A stretch of 64,000 bases of DNA from an uncultured delta proteobacterium (GTDB lineage: Bacteria > Desulfobacterota > Binatia > UBA9968). Both the position numbers and the translations under genes were made by a program. Positions 31,040-41,019 of the stretch are shown here, piece by piece (the first letter of the stretch is position 1; every line of letters begins with the position of its first letter). The DNA is taken from NCBI GenBank assembly GCA_963728565.1, contig CAVSLC010000015.1, forward strand, positions 1 to 64,000, given 5' to 3'. The notes beneath the pieces were generated by a model. That model was not told the origin of the DNA, made no database searches, and worked only from the letters and a program-made list of their open reading frames with translations.

Positions 31040-32055
31040 CGCCCACCTCCGATCGTATCGAGGGTGCTGTAGTGCCGGACCACTTCGAGCACGCGGCACG
31101 CATGCCCCAGGCTCTCATACCAGGCCAGCACTTTGATTATTCTTTTTCCTGCTTTAATGGTGGCGAGCGAATCGAAGAGCAAGGATTGCCGGCAACCGAT
31201 GACATCCGAAGAAACAATCGGATCATCGGTCACGCCGATCAACGTCGGATGATCGGCAGCGGCGGCGCGCATAGCTCCGCTCACTTGCTCGGCCGTGACG
31301 GTGCCAGCCTGCATGACGCAGTTAACATCGAGCAATGATCCGCGTTGGACCGGCACGTTAAGGGCGTAACCGCTCAACTTTCCCTCAAACTTGGGCAGAA
31401 CAAGCTCCACCCATCGCGCGGACTCATTGTTGTTGGGGATGATATTCTCCGCCGCGGACCGGCTGCGCCGGAAATCTTTGTGTGCATAATTCTGCAGCGA
31501 CTGATCGCTACTATAGGCGTGGACCGTCGTCATCGATGCGCAGTCGACTCCTAAGGCCTGATCCAGAGATTGCAATAAAAGCGCAAATGCATTGGTGGTC
31601 GCGGAACCGGCCGAAATCATTTTGTCCGCGGCGGCGGCGCTCCCTTCATTGATTCCCGGTACTACGATACGGTCGATTGATTCCGCCGGCAGCGACGCCA
31701 GAATGACCCGCGGGGCACCGGCGCGCAGATGGGCCTCCATGTCCCGACGACTCTTATATCTGCCTGTGGCATCGACGACGCAGTGGACATCCAGAACATC
31801 CCATGGAACCTCCTCCGGCCGGACAAGCTGGAGCATTCTTGTGCGGAACTTCTCGTTGATCAGGTAATTGTCCTGGAGCTCGCAGGGCGCCTCGTCCACG
31901 CCGTCGCTATTGAGCAGATACTGAATGATTTCAGGTTTGCCGATATCGGCCACCGCGACGATTTCGATATCATCTATTTCCCGCGCAAGGTGATACAGAT
32001 GCCGCCCAATTTGGCCCAATCCCATAATGCCGATTCGGATTTTACCATTACGCAT
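31036..32055 (-). CDS. GAPDH-like protein lacking the catalytic cysteine
   Basis: GLGQIGR, full-length fold, but AGSATTNAF replaces ASCTTNCL and WYES replaces WYDNE; ATGA overlap with gap. Confidence 0.88.
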   Translation of the reverse strand: MRNGKIRIGIMGLGQIGRHLYHLAREIDDIEIVAVADIGKPEIIQYLLNSDGVDEAPCELQDNYLINEKFRTRMLQLVRPEEVPWDVLDVHCVVDATGRYKSRRDMEAHLRAGAPRVILASLPAESIDRIVVPGINEGSAAAADKMISAGSATTNAFALLLQSLDQALGVDCASMTTVHAYSSDQSLQNYAHKDFRRSRSAAENIIPNNNESARWVELVLPKFEGKLSGYALNVPVQRGSLLDVNCVMQAGTVTAEQVSGAMRAAAADHPTLIGVTDDPIVSSDVIGCRQSLLFDSLATIKAGKRIIKVLAWYESLGHACRVLEVVRHYSTLDTIGGGR

Positions 32056-32174
32056 TTGGCCGCCTCCGTTTCCGCAAAATTAAGCGCTCGAAGTTGGCGT
32101 TATCCATAGCCGAGAACTCTAACAACCGATCAACCAAAAGAAAATGCTTTTCTGAGGAAATCGTCAAACTGGAG

Positions 32175-32494
32175 GTGTAAAGGGGAGAGGCTACTTTTTA
32201 TCTACTTCCTCATTTCGCTGAGACTGGTGATGCGAAGCTTCAATCAGAAAGTGCAAGTGATTCGGCATCAGAGCGAAAGCAAACATCTTAACTGGGTGCC
32301 GCGCTTTGCTAGCGCGAGGATGGAAAGAAAGACTTGGTAATCTTGAGCTTTATCAGAGATAGTTGCACGACCGTTACCTCGATTGATCACATGATAAATG
32401 AAACCAGCCTGTTGCGCACGTCGGCATGGCAGGGCTTTCATACAGGCGAACGTGATCACAGACGATGAAAGTAGCCTATCCCCTTTAATCCCCC
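32175..32494 (-). mobile_element. RAYT family-1 element, internally deleted (copy F), with both TIRs
   Basis: TAAAGGGGAGAGGCTACTTT ... AAAGTAGCCTATCCCCTTTA; YHVINRGNGRATI. Confidence 0.85.
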
Positions 32495-32495
32495 C

Positions 32496-32715
32496 GATTT
32501 GAACATGGTTCGCGCCCGAGTGGTTACGCATCCCTGTGATTGGACACACAGCGGCGCATCGCGAAGTCATTGAAAGTGGCGGTACATATGAGCTCCGGGA
32601 GCAGACTCAAAGTTATGGGTCCAATTTCGGCGGTTAAATGAGGTGCTAAGCTTGGATATACTAGCTTCTGGAACGAAGATTTAAACCTAGTGCAACTTAG
32701 GCTTGGTCCGACCCC
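32496..32715 (+). mobile_element. RAYT family-2 3' remnant ending GGTCCGACCCC
   Basis: Deleted copy of 34870-35395 (shared GAAGTCATTGAAAGTGGCGGTACATATGAGCTCCGGGAGCAGACT). Confidence 0.75.
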
Positions 32716-32834
32716 GGACTTCTAGTTTCACCCGGTAGGGTCGCAGGCTACTGCAGTAGAGCCGGCGGAGTATATGGGCGCGGCAAAATCCTTTTGAGCT
32801 GCCAAGAGCCCCGTACGGCAAACTTCAGGGTGAA

Positions 32835-34304
32835 TTACCGTATGAACCCTAACAGTCTCCAATAAGGAACACTGACGCCTAACGCTAAAAAGTTCGCAGC
32901 GCATCGTACCACCATGAGTTTCCGAGCTTGCGCATGTGAAAACGCATTGCCGTCTGTACTGTAAAAGGCGATTTGATAAGCATCGTTCTGAGATAGAAGA
33001 AACCAGCTCTCATTTGCCATAAGGATGGTGATTAGAAGAATTCCGGGATGCACCCCCAGCTCCTGCCCCCAAGAACTTAGCCCGAGAGTGGATAAGAGAA
33101 TAACGGTTGGTGTTTTACCGAGAAAGAAACGAATGAAGTACACGGCTACTGAAACAACCGTCAGAAAAGCCAAAGGACCCAACGCCACATAAGAAAAGTA
33201 TGGACCGATAGATGCCATGAGCCACTGATCGATTTTTAGATGACGCATGATGCCGTCGAAACTCGAAATCACACCTAAGAAAAAGAGGAAACCCCAATCT
33301 ATTCTGGCTTTGAAATCGTCTTTTTCGAGTACTCTGGTTAGAAGGAAAACTGAGAGCGCGCCCAACGCAACCCATGTCTCGCTCAATCCATGCATTGGCT
33401 TTGATAACCACCCGACAAGCGCGAACATCAGTATTCCGAGACTAAGCCGTTCATTACGGGTTAATGATTTCGGCCTATCGAGAGGATGATCTGGTTGTTT
33501 CACTTGGCTAGACCGTGAAATGACTTCGGTCGGGAACAGGTAGTGTACTCCGAGGAGTAGGCATCCCAGTGTAACGACTCCCGCCGGAAGCGCGGCCACA
33601 GCCCAAGTCGTCCAGCCAAAATCCAATTTGGCTGCTTGCGGAAGTAAGTTCCATCCGATCAAGCAGGAGGTCGCTCCTGTAAGGAACATAAATGCACATT
33701 GGGTAAAACCGACATACGCTGAGAGGCCTATTCCCGCCGAGCCGTTCGAGCGCCTTTCAAATCCCATTGTTTCCGAGATCGTTCTACTGAGAGGTGCTGC
33801 TATCGCCATACGAGCCTTACTCGTTGGCATCACCGGGGTAACTATGAGACCAGATATGGTGAGTAACCAGGTGTACATCCGGTAATTAGGCGAGATCCGG
33901 CGCAGAGTTTCTAAAGCTATACTATGAAACAGCCCAGATTTGTTGACGGCAACAGCGATCCCAAGAACTGCAACAACAAAGCACCATGACGTCTTGGAGA
34001 ACCCGGCCAGCGCTACTTCTGAGGGCACGGCATCCGAAACTACCCAAAAAAGCAACATCAATATGCCGACAAGATACTCGTCGTATACGTTGAACATGAG
34101 AAGCAGCGTTCCGGCGGTAAGACTACCGAGAAAATAGAGTCCGCTCGCATCCAGGAGGGCGGGGGTCGGAAGCTGCATGACTAGCCAACCCATCGTCAAA
34201 GCGATCATCAGGCCAATAAGTTTTCCATCAAATATCTGCGCCGCGTTCCGTGCTGACCACAACGAGTCCGTTATCGGCTGGAGAGTCTGGCTGCGATTCA
34301 TCAA
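32835..34304 (-). CDS. SLC13/DASS family anion:sodium symporter
   Basis: Multiple TM segments; ALAGFS, MPTSKAR, MFLTG, IDWGFL, SVPYWRLLG. Confidence 0.85.
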   Translation of the reverse strand: MMNRSQTLQPITDSLWSARNAAQIFDGKLIGLMIALTMGWLVMQLPTPALLDASGLYFLGSLTAGTLLLMFNVYDEYLVGILMLLFWVVSDAVPSEVALAGFSKTSWCFVVAVLGIAVAVNKSGLFHSIALETLRRISPNYRMYTWLLTISGLIVTPVMPTSKARMAIAAPLSRTISETMGFERRSNGSAGIGLSAYVGFTQCAFMFLTGATSCLIGWNLLPQAAKLDFGWTTWAVAALPAGVVTLGCLLLGVHYLFPTEVISRSSQVKQPDHPLDRPKSLTRNERLSLGILMFALVGWLSKPMHGLSETWVALGALSVFLLTRVLEKDDFKARIDWGFLFFLGVISSFDGIMRHLKIDQWLMASIGPYFSYVALGPLAFLTVVSVAVYFIRFFLGKTPTVILLSTLGLSSWGQELGVHPGILLITILMANESWFLLSQNDAYQIAFYSTDGNAFSHAQARKLMVVRCAANFLALGVSVPYWRLLGFIR

Positions 34305-34865
34305 CGAACCACGTCAAATGCTAGGCCGCACTGCGAAGGTGTTTCTTCGGCATTTGACAACTGTTCAAAGAGAATTTTAGTCATCGCTTCAATAACAATT
34401 TGTCCGCCCATTATATCTTTCCGGCTTTCTAAGCTTGAGTAGCCATTCATGTTAACATCTCTTCAGTGACAAAACCCTTTCCTTCACAACGAGCTACGTC
34501 TTCCGGTTCCCCCGGATGACACCCGCGCTACGTAGAAACGTTCTCCTATAGCTGCATCTTGTTTCGGATCAGGCGGGAACTGCCAACCAAAACAGATAAG
34601 GCAAAGCCGATGCCGTTTACTGATCGGAGTTTTAACCGTTTGTCGGTAAACCGTGGCACTGCTGGGGTGACGATAAATGCCAAAAGTGACTGTCGCTGCA
34701 CAAAAGCGTCGTCTGATTTTCTACTCGGCACGTTGGGAAGCTGAGAAACCGCACTGACTCAAGAGTAACATCGATGGAGGGAGGTGGGCCGGTTAGCGCT
34801 TATGGCGGATATTTCCAACATAAATACCAAACTGCATCAACCCAGCAATCCTGAGATGTTTCGTC

Positions 34866-35385
34866 ACGGCGCATTTTGGAGACCGCTATCATGCCACGGC
34901 CATCGAGATTAACGAGCAACTTCAACATTGTCTCGTTTACATCGATTTGAATATAGTTCGCGCCGGAGTCGTTACGCATCCCTGTAATTGGACACACGCG
35001 GGTTATCGAGAGATGCAGAAACCCCCCGAAGCGCTACGGGATTATCGATCTACCGGAGTTAAGTTCGCTATGTGGATTCGGCGACGTTGCAACATTTCAG
35101 CAAGCACATCGTCGGTGGGTAGATGATTCACTCGCGCGCGAGGCGATGGCAAGAGAAGGTGCGTGGTCAGAAGCGATTGCGGTCGGCAATTTGAATTTTG
35201 TTGATAAGGTGCAGAACGAACTCGGATACAAAGCGGCACACCGCGAAGTCATTGAAAGTGGCGGTACATATGAGCTCCGGGAGCAGACTGAAAGTTATGG
35301 GTCCAATTTTAGCGGTCAAAATGAGGTGCTAAGCTCGGAGAACACTAGATTTTGGAACGAAAGTTCCGAAGTTACTGCAACTTAG
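34866..35385 (+). pseudogene. RAYT family-2 transposase, 5'-truncated and frameshifted
   Basis: GAFW-DRYHATAIE, CLVYIDLNIVRAGVVTHP, WSEAIAVG. Confidence 0.75.
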
Positions 35386-35473
35386 CTTGGTCCGATAATC
35401 ATCTAGCAGGCTCCTTCGATAGGCCGTAACGTGCGGGGACATCAACCCACACCCGCTCAAAGGAGGAAGCGAG

Positions 35474-36490
35474 ATGAAATTGTACGGAGCTATTGATTTG
35501 CATTCCAACAACAACGTGACGGTGGTGATCAACGAGCAAGATCAAGTGTTGTATCAGAAGCGCTTGCCCAACGATCTTTCGTTGATCGCGCAGCAACTCT
35601 CGAGCTATCGCAGATCGCTACAGGGAATCGTGGTGGAGTCTACCTATAACTGGTACTGGCTGGTCGATGGACTGATGGAGAAGGGCCATCAAGTTCATCT
35701 GGCCAACACCGCGGCGATCCAGCAATACAATGGGCTGAAGTACACCGATGACCACAGCGACGCGCGGTGGCTGGCCCATCTGCTGCGGCTAGGGGTCTTA
35801 CCCGAGGGCTACATTTATCCCAAGGAAGAGCGAGCGGTGCGTGATTTGTTGCGCAAGCGCGGCCAGCTCGTGCATCAGAGGACGGCTAATCTTCTCAGTA
35901 TCCAGAGTCTAATCAGCCGGACCACGGGAAACTCGATCGGCACCCAGTACATCAAAGCGCTCAATATCGAACATCTGGATGGAGTCTTACCTAACCCGGA
36001 TCACATCCTTGCACTCAAAGCCAATCTGGCAGTCATGAAAAGCGCTGATGCCCAGATCGAGATCTTGGAAAAAGCCGTCCAGGACCGAGTCAAGCTACGA
36101 CCTCAGTTCGGATTTCTAAAGACGGTACCCGGAATCGGGCCGATCCTGGCGCTGACGATCATGCTCGAGACCGGAGAGATCGAGAGATTTGCCTGTGTCG
36201 GCAATTACGCTTCGTACTGTCGCTGTGTGGGGAGCCAGAAGATCAGCAACGGCAAACGTAAAGGAATCGGCAATACCAAAAACGGCAACAAGTATTTGGC
36301 CTGGGCGTTTGTAGAGGCTGCCAATTTTGCGATCCGGTTTAATTCGAAGATCAAAGGCTTCTATCAGAAAAAGAAATCTAAGAGCAATGGGATTGTGGCA
36401 ATCAAAGCGGTGGCCCACAAGCTCTGCCGGGCTTGCTACTACATTATCAAAGATCAGGTGGCTTTTGATCTCACCAAAGCGTTTGCTTAG
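35474..36490 (+). CDS. IS110 transposase/recombinase (intact)
   Basis: AIDLH, VVEST, YTDDHSD (DEDD), VPGIG, catalytic-Ser region ISNGK, AVAHKL; AGGAGG RBS. Confidence 0.93.
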   Translation: MKLYGAIDLHSNNNVTVVINEQDQVLYQKRLPNDLSLIAQQLSSYRRSLQGIVVESTYNWYWLVDGLMEKGHQVHLANTAAIQQYNGLKYTDDHSDARWLAHLLRLGVLPEGYIYPKEERAVRDLLRKRGQLVHQRTANLLSIQSLISRTTGNSIGTQYIKALNIEHLDGVLPNPDHILALKANLAVMKSADAQIEILEKAVQDRVKLRPQFGFLKTVPGIGPILALTIMLETGEIERFACVGNYASYCRCVGSQKISNGKRKGIGNTKNGNKYLAWAFVEAANFAIRFNSKIKGFYQKKKSKSNGIVAIKAVAHKLCRACYYIIKDQVAFDLTKAFA

Positions 36491-36499
36491 CAGATCGAT

Positions 36500-36942
36500 T
36501 TAACGGTTGGGATGGGATAGTGAGCCTTGGCTGGGGTTGGCTTAGAACCACATGGTCCGATTTGGCGGCTCTCCCGTCCCTGATCATATGGACAACTCGG
36601 CGGTGCTGTGATTCGATGGACGCCCACGCCGTGAGCCACAATAGGGTTGGCCCCCAACAGGGAGAGCCACAGGATCTGTGATCCTATAACCTTGGACGCG
36701 GCGTGGTACCGATAGTTTTCTGGGGCAATTAAGATTGCCAGGGGCGCGAGATCGCTGCCCGAGAGGACAGCTCTCAAAGCCTTGAACCTGATGGGTGACT
36801 GGTGCGTACCTACGGTCCGACACCAACTGATTGAAAACAGGGGCGCGTCAATCAGGGATCACATAGTCGGCGAGGGTTCAAAAAGGGAATAAGAAAAATT
36901 CTCACAGGAACGTCTGTGCCTCTTGACCTGCCTGCTAATGGG
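36500..36942 (+). ncRNA. Candidate bridge/seek RNA of IS110 #2
   Basis: GAGCC...GGCTC stem enclosing GGGGTTGG (36533-36540) and TGGTCCGA (36553-36560), matching opposite strands of the target; a second GTGAGCC..GGGTTGG module at ~36631. Confidence 0.55.
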
Positions 36943-37127
36943 CGACCCAACGCTTTGTACGCAAAACTGACTTTCACCATGGGCTGCTAAACGTGGAGAG
37001 CCTCGAACAAACGCTTGGGGGAGACTCAGAGAGAAGCCGCCCATTGAAAAGTAGGCCGTTTGGCTTTCCCCATCAGAGTGGCGTGGGATCTGATGGGGAA
37101 AGCCGCGACCAGAACACTCGACAATCG

Positions 37128-38459
37128 CTAAAACCGAGCATTGGCCCAGTTGGCGACATAGTTCCACGTATTGAGCAGCACGTTAACATAAGGGCCCGTA
37201 CCGTGGTAAGCAGCGCATTCATTGCAGTTCCCGCCGCCGTGGGTCGCCCCCTCCACGACGATAAACTCCTTATTGATGGCGGCCGCATTCTCGAAGATCT
37301 CCTCGCCATCACGAATGAAATAGTGGCCTTGGTGCGCCAAAACCAGGGTGGGCACCGAGATCACCCGAACCGCGCAGACCGTAGAGTTATTGGTCGAGCA
37401 CCAATCCAGGTCATCAAGCGCATGGTGAGAGCGGATTGCATTGGCACTTAAGAATGATGTGATTGTGAATTCCTCGGGGCTGTTTTCATCGTCGTCCTTG
37501 ATATCTGGAGTAGGAACTCTGACGGTACGAATGATCTGCGGGGCCGAGAGCTCCCCGGTCGCGTCCTGTAGAAGTTTCGTTGGATTCAGCGTGCAGCAGT
37601 GAACCTGGGTGGTAAGTTGCACCAAACGCGCGTTGACGCGGTTAAGAACAAATGCGTCATCAGCCGGGTCATGCAACCCAAGCTCCATTTTGCGCCTGAT
37701 TGTTAGAGCATCCCTAATCAGATTGTTCATACGTCTTGACTGCGCAAGAGAGTATTTGTCGACAAAATGATCCGAGTAGGTTGAATCGCCATCCGGTTCG
37801 TGGTCTGGCGGGAGGCCGTTGTAGCCGTTTGCCGGGTCGAAAGGGTCGAGCGTTTTATTGATCGCAGGACCGAATGGTTGGTTTTCATTGACGACAGATG
37901 CGTTAACCGAACGCAGCCCATTGACCCCGACTCCCGGATGCGCGTCAGTAAAAACGATTCCGTTAGCTCTATCCGCAGCGTTGAAATCTGTGTCTGTAAA
38001 AGGGCACTCAGTAATTTTCTTAGGCCCCTGGCAGTAAGATGGGCCATTTTCCGCTAACGCCTGGTAGTAGGACGTGCTCGGACCACCCCCACTGCGCCCA
38101 ACTAGAATGACGCTTGTGTGTCCTTTGCTTCTTAGGAATCGCACTCCATTCCGTATATCGAGAGCGATTAGCTCGAAGTTGACGGCGGCTTCGCTATTGC
38201 CGAACCTAGTTCTGATACCAAGAGTGCCAAAGCCTCGATTTGCCAACTCCACAGATGACTGATGGTTTCGATAGTCATTGGTGCGATGGATAGAAAGGAA
38301 CGCGATGCGAGGCACTGGCCCCACCGCTGGAACCCGATAACGGCCAAGCGCGCCGTCACCCAAATTAACTTCTTCGATAGTTACCTGGGCAGAAGCGTTG
38401 GTCATTCCGAGAACTATGCCCAAACCAACGATGAATGACAAAATCTTTAATCTTACCAT
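37128..38459 (-). CDS. Exported alpha/beta hydrolase
   Basis: Signal peptide, GRSGG nucleophile elbow, VPTLV, EGATHG; GGGAGG RBS. Confidence 0.8.
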   Translation of the reverse strand: MVRLKILSFIVGLGIVLGMTNASAQVTIEEVNLGDGALGRYRVPAVGPVPRIAFLSIHRTNDYRNHQSSVELANRGFGTLGIRTRFGNSEAAVNFELIALDIRNGVRFLRSKGHTSVILVGRSGGGPSTSYYQALAENGPSYCQGPKKITECPFTDTDFNAADRANGIVFTDAHPGVGVNGLRSVNASVVNENQPFGPAINKTLDPFDPANGYNGLPPDHEPDGDSTYSDHFVDKYSLAQSRRMNNLIRDALTIRRKMELGLHDPADDAFVLNRVNARLVQLTTQVHCCTLNPTKLLQDATGELSAPQIIRTVRVPTPDIKDDDENSPEEFTITSFLSANAIRSHHALDDLDWCSTNNSTVCAVRVISVPTLVLAHQGHYFIRDGEEIFENAAAINKEFIVVEGATHGGGNCNECAAYHGTGPYVNVLLNTWNYVANWANARF

Positions 38460-38724
38460 AGAAACCTCCCTTGACTCTGTATGCCACTCTTAATACGCCA
38501 CCACCGTTACCGTCAAATTCTTTTTATGAAAGCAGCCATTTGATTTTTTAATGCCTGCACGGGGGAATCAAAAGCCTGAGATTTCCGCAAATCGAACCAA
38601 CATCAATGGCGAGGAAAAGCACTCTTAAGCCGCAGTTTGTTCAACACCAAACCATTACGCTAGAGATTTCAACATGAACTTTTCGCAACCTTAAAACTGG
38701 TCGCCGACACTTACACGGCTCAAG

Positions 38725-39002
38725 AGCCATTGCATGAATCGGCTCAGAGACTGGTGATGCGAAGCTTCAATTACAAAGTGAAAGTGATTCGGCATCAGAG
38801 CGAAGCAAACCTTAACTGGGTGCCGCGCTTTGCTAGCGCGAGGATGGAAAGAAAGGCTTGGTAATCTTGAGCTTTATGAAAGATAGTTGCGCCGACCGAC
38901 CGTGATTGATCACATGATAAACAAAACCAGCCTGTTGCGCGCGCGGATTCTCGGCATGACAGGGGCTTTATCATATAGGCGAACGGGATCACAAACGATG
39001 AA
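38725..39002 (-). mobile_element. RAYT family-1 5' segment (copy G), TIR lost
   Basis: Same block as A/B/F, truncated at GATGAA. Confidence 0.8.
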
Positions 39003-39003
39003 G

Positions 39004-39066
39004 GACGAGTGCGGGAGTAATGAACTTCGTGCGGATGTCCGCTTCGGTGAGTTCCTTTTTATTCAT
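39004..39066 (-). pseudogene. hsdR: N-terminal stub of type I restriction enzyme R subunit (EcoAI-like)
   Basis: MNKKELTEADIRTKFITPALV, then runs into RAYT copy G. Confidence 0.7.
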
Positions 39067-39800
39067 GCCAAGTAGCAGCTCGAAGGACCGGCAGGGTTAA
39101 AGTATCGCTCATACCGGGATGGGAGCTCGGGAAATACTAATCGAAGTGGCTGGAATTGCGCAAGACTTCTCAGAAGGCAGGGTCATCAGGTTGCCGCGTG
39201 AGTTATTGATTTGTTTGCCTGCAACTACCCACTTTGGAGATCGCAGCCGTTCAAAGGTTCAACGAAAGACAAGTCAGATGCGAACTCCACGTTTCGAGAA
39301 TTCCCGAAATGTCGAAATGGCAATTCTAATACCGACCTGGAAATTGGAAAACTTCTCGTCGCCAGCTAACGGGTTCCCATCTTTGTATTTTGACGTTTTC
39401 GTTTTCTGTTGGGTCTCACCACGTGGTCAACGTGAGAGCACCGTCCTTTGTTTCAGTTTGGACGAATTCTTCGGGATAACCCAACAAACCCGGCAGAAGG
39501 CCTGATGAGTACCGGAGATCGATCGTGTTAAGTCTATCTAAAAGCACTATTTCTAGCCCGCGCACCGCCATCCACCCGGCGATCAGTGCCGCAGTCACCG
39601 GGGCAAACTGAACCGTGCCCATCGGCACCCGGCACCGTCCGCGCAGCGCGGGAAGACCATGGGCTTAGGCATGAGTCGGGATTATCATTATATTGACCAC
39701 GCGGGAGGTGGATGCTAGCGTTTGGGCCTGGTAGAGGATCACTATCGAGCGGCTGCTGTTGTGCTGTGAACGGGGCTATCAAGCCCGGGAAGGAGCTCTT

Positions 39801-40325
39801 ATGGCACTTCAATCTCACACCACGAACACACCCACCGTCGTTTCTGAATCTACAGAGATTTCTGGCGTGTACGTCGAAGGTCTCGTTGCCGGCCTGATCG
39901 GCGCGGCGACGATTGCCGTATGGTTCTTCATCATCGATCTTTATAACGGTAGACCCTTTTACACGCCGAGCGTTTTGGGCGCCGCGCTGTCTCTTTCCGG
40001 AGCCGTCCGTGAATCTGCAACGGTTCCGATCTCGATGGAGTTCATCATATTCTATTCCTGGATTCACGGTTTAGTGTTTTGTGTGATTGGCGGATTGGCC
40101 GCCAAACTACTCTCACTCGCAGAACGCGACCTTAACTACGGATTTGGTATCTTGCTGCTATTCATCATCTTTGAATTTGGATTTGTTGCCGTCACCATGG
40201 TTTTTGCCGAACCCATACTGCGAACTCTGACATGGCCGGCGGTCCTGCTCGGCAATCTACTCGCGGCGGTTGCGATGGCGGTCTATTTTTGGCGCCATCA
40301 TCCGACGCTGCGGATCTTACCGTAA
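39801..40325 (+). CDS. Membrane protein (4 TM), hypothetical
   Basis: AAGGAG RBS; EGLVAGLIGA...GRPFYTPS.LG; hydrophobic helices. Confidence 0.75.
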   Translation: MALQSHTTNTPTVVSESTEISGVYVEGLVAGLIGAATIAVWFFIIDLYNGRPFYTPSVLGAALSLSGAVRESATVPISMEFIIFYSWIHGLVFCVIGGLAAKLLSLAERDLNYGFGILLLFIIFEFGFVAVTMVFAEPILRTLTWPAVLLGNLLAAVAMAVYFWRHHPTLRILP

Positions 40326-40860
40326 GTGAGCAGGGCGCCCCGCAGTGGAATCGAGTCTGTCATCTGGATAAGGAAATCCATGGCAGTGCAACATCAATTT
40401 TGATGTATATGCCGGCCTATAAGCCGACTTTGAGAGCGATTAAGCTATCGCTCAGGCAGTTTCTGGACCTCAATGTTTTACTTTGTTGTGCGGCTCAGTC
40501 CGGATAAAGCCGTTCAACAGTTCAACGAAAGATGAGTGGGAATGAGACCGTTCCAGATGTTTCGATGGCTCAGCCAATATTCGATATAGAACGCGTTCGA
40601 CCCGTTCAACCACTTCGCTCCATCCAACATGGCGGCGCCCGTTTCCAACGGTTCCAAGGCCGTGTTCGTGGGTGAAAGGCAAGGATAATTATGAAAGATG
40701 AAAGTTTAAACAGAGCAAAAGATTCTCCGAATGGCTGCTAAGCCTTCATAAACCGCTCATAGTGAGCTGGTCGACCATGGAACGCCTGCCATATGTAACG
40801 ACTTGAGTGATTTTAAAGCGCCGGCAGAATTCGCAGCGAATAGATAAACGCCAGTCTCAT

Positions 40861-41019
40861 TCACGGCTTTTCGGCGACGACTTTCCCGTTCTCCCAGATA
40901 TAGATCGGCGTGCCATGCATGCGTGCGGTCTTGCGGGCGACCTTGGCGGCGCGGCGAAGGGCGCGGCCGACGGCGGCAGAGAATTCCTTACTTGTTTGTA
41001 GTTTGGCTTTTGGCTTCAT
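40861..41019 (-). CDS. Small basic protein, partner of the AAA/zeta-like gene
   Basis: MKPKAKLQTSKEFSAAVGRALRRAAKVARKTARMHGTPIYIWENGKVVAEKP; ATGA overlap with the upstream gene. Confidence 0.7.
   Translation of the reverse strand: MKPKAKLQTSKEFSAAVGRALRRAAKVARKTARMHGTPIYIWENGKVVAEKP

Larger units (their letters stand above)
35396..36942 (+). mobile_element. IS110-family element #2 with ~450-nt 3' non-coding end
   Basis: Left GGTC[CGA]TAAT, right CTTGACC..TAATGGG[CGA]CCCA; inferred empty site GGTCCGACCCA, compared with the intact paralog at 32705. Confidence 0.75.

Noticed and set aside
36814-36820. GGTCCGA as the right end / 7-bp target duplication of IS110 #2
   Set aside because: IS110 elements do not make long TSDs, and the CTTGAC..ATGGG|CGACCC end at 36942 parallels IS #1 better. 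Kept only as an alternative.
15693-39002. CRISPR array or integron attC array interpretation of the recurring repeats
   Set aside because: The repeats are 140-750 bp coding remnants spaced kilobases apart. There are no cas genes, no integrase and no GTTRRRY/RYYYAAC attC structure.
39070-39700. Fragmentary ORFs upstream of the hsdR stub
   Set aside because: Multiple stops and no family recognised.
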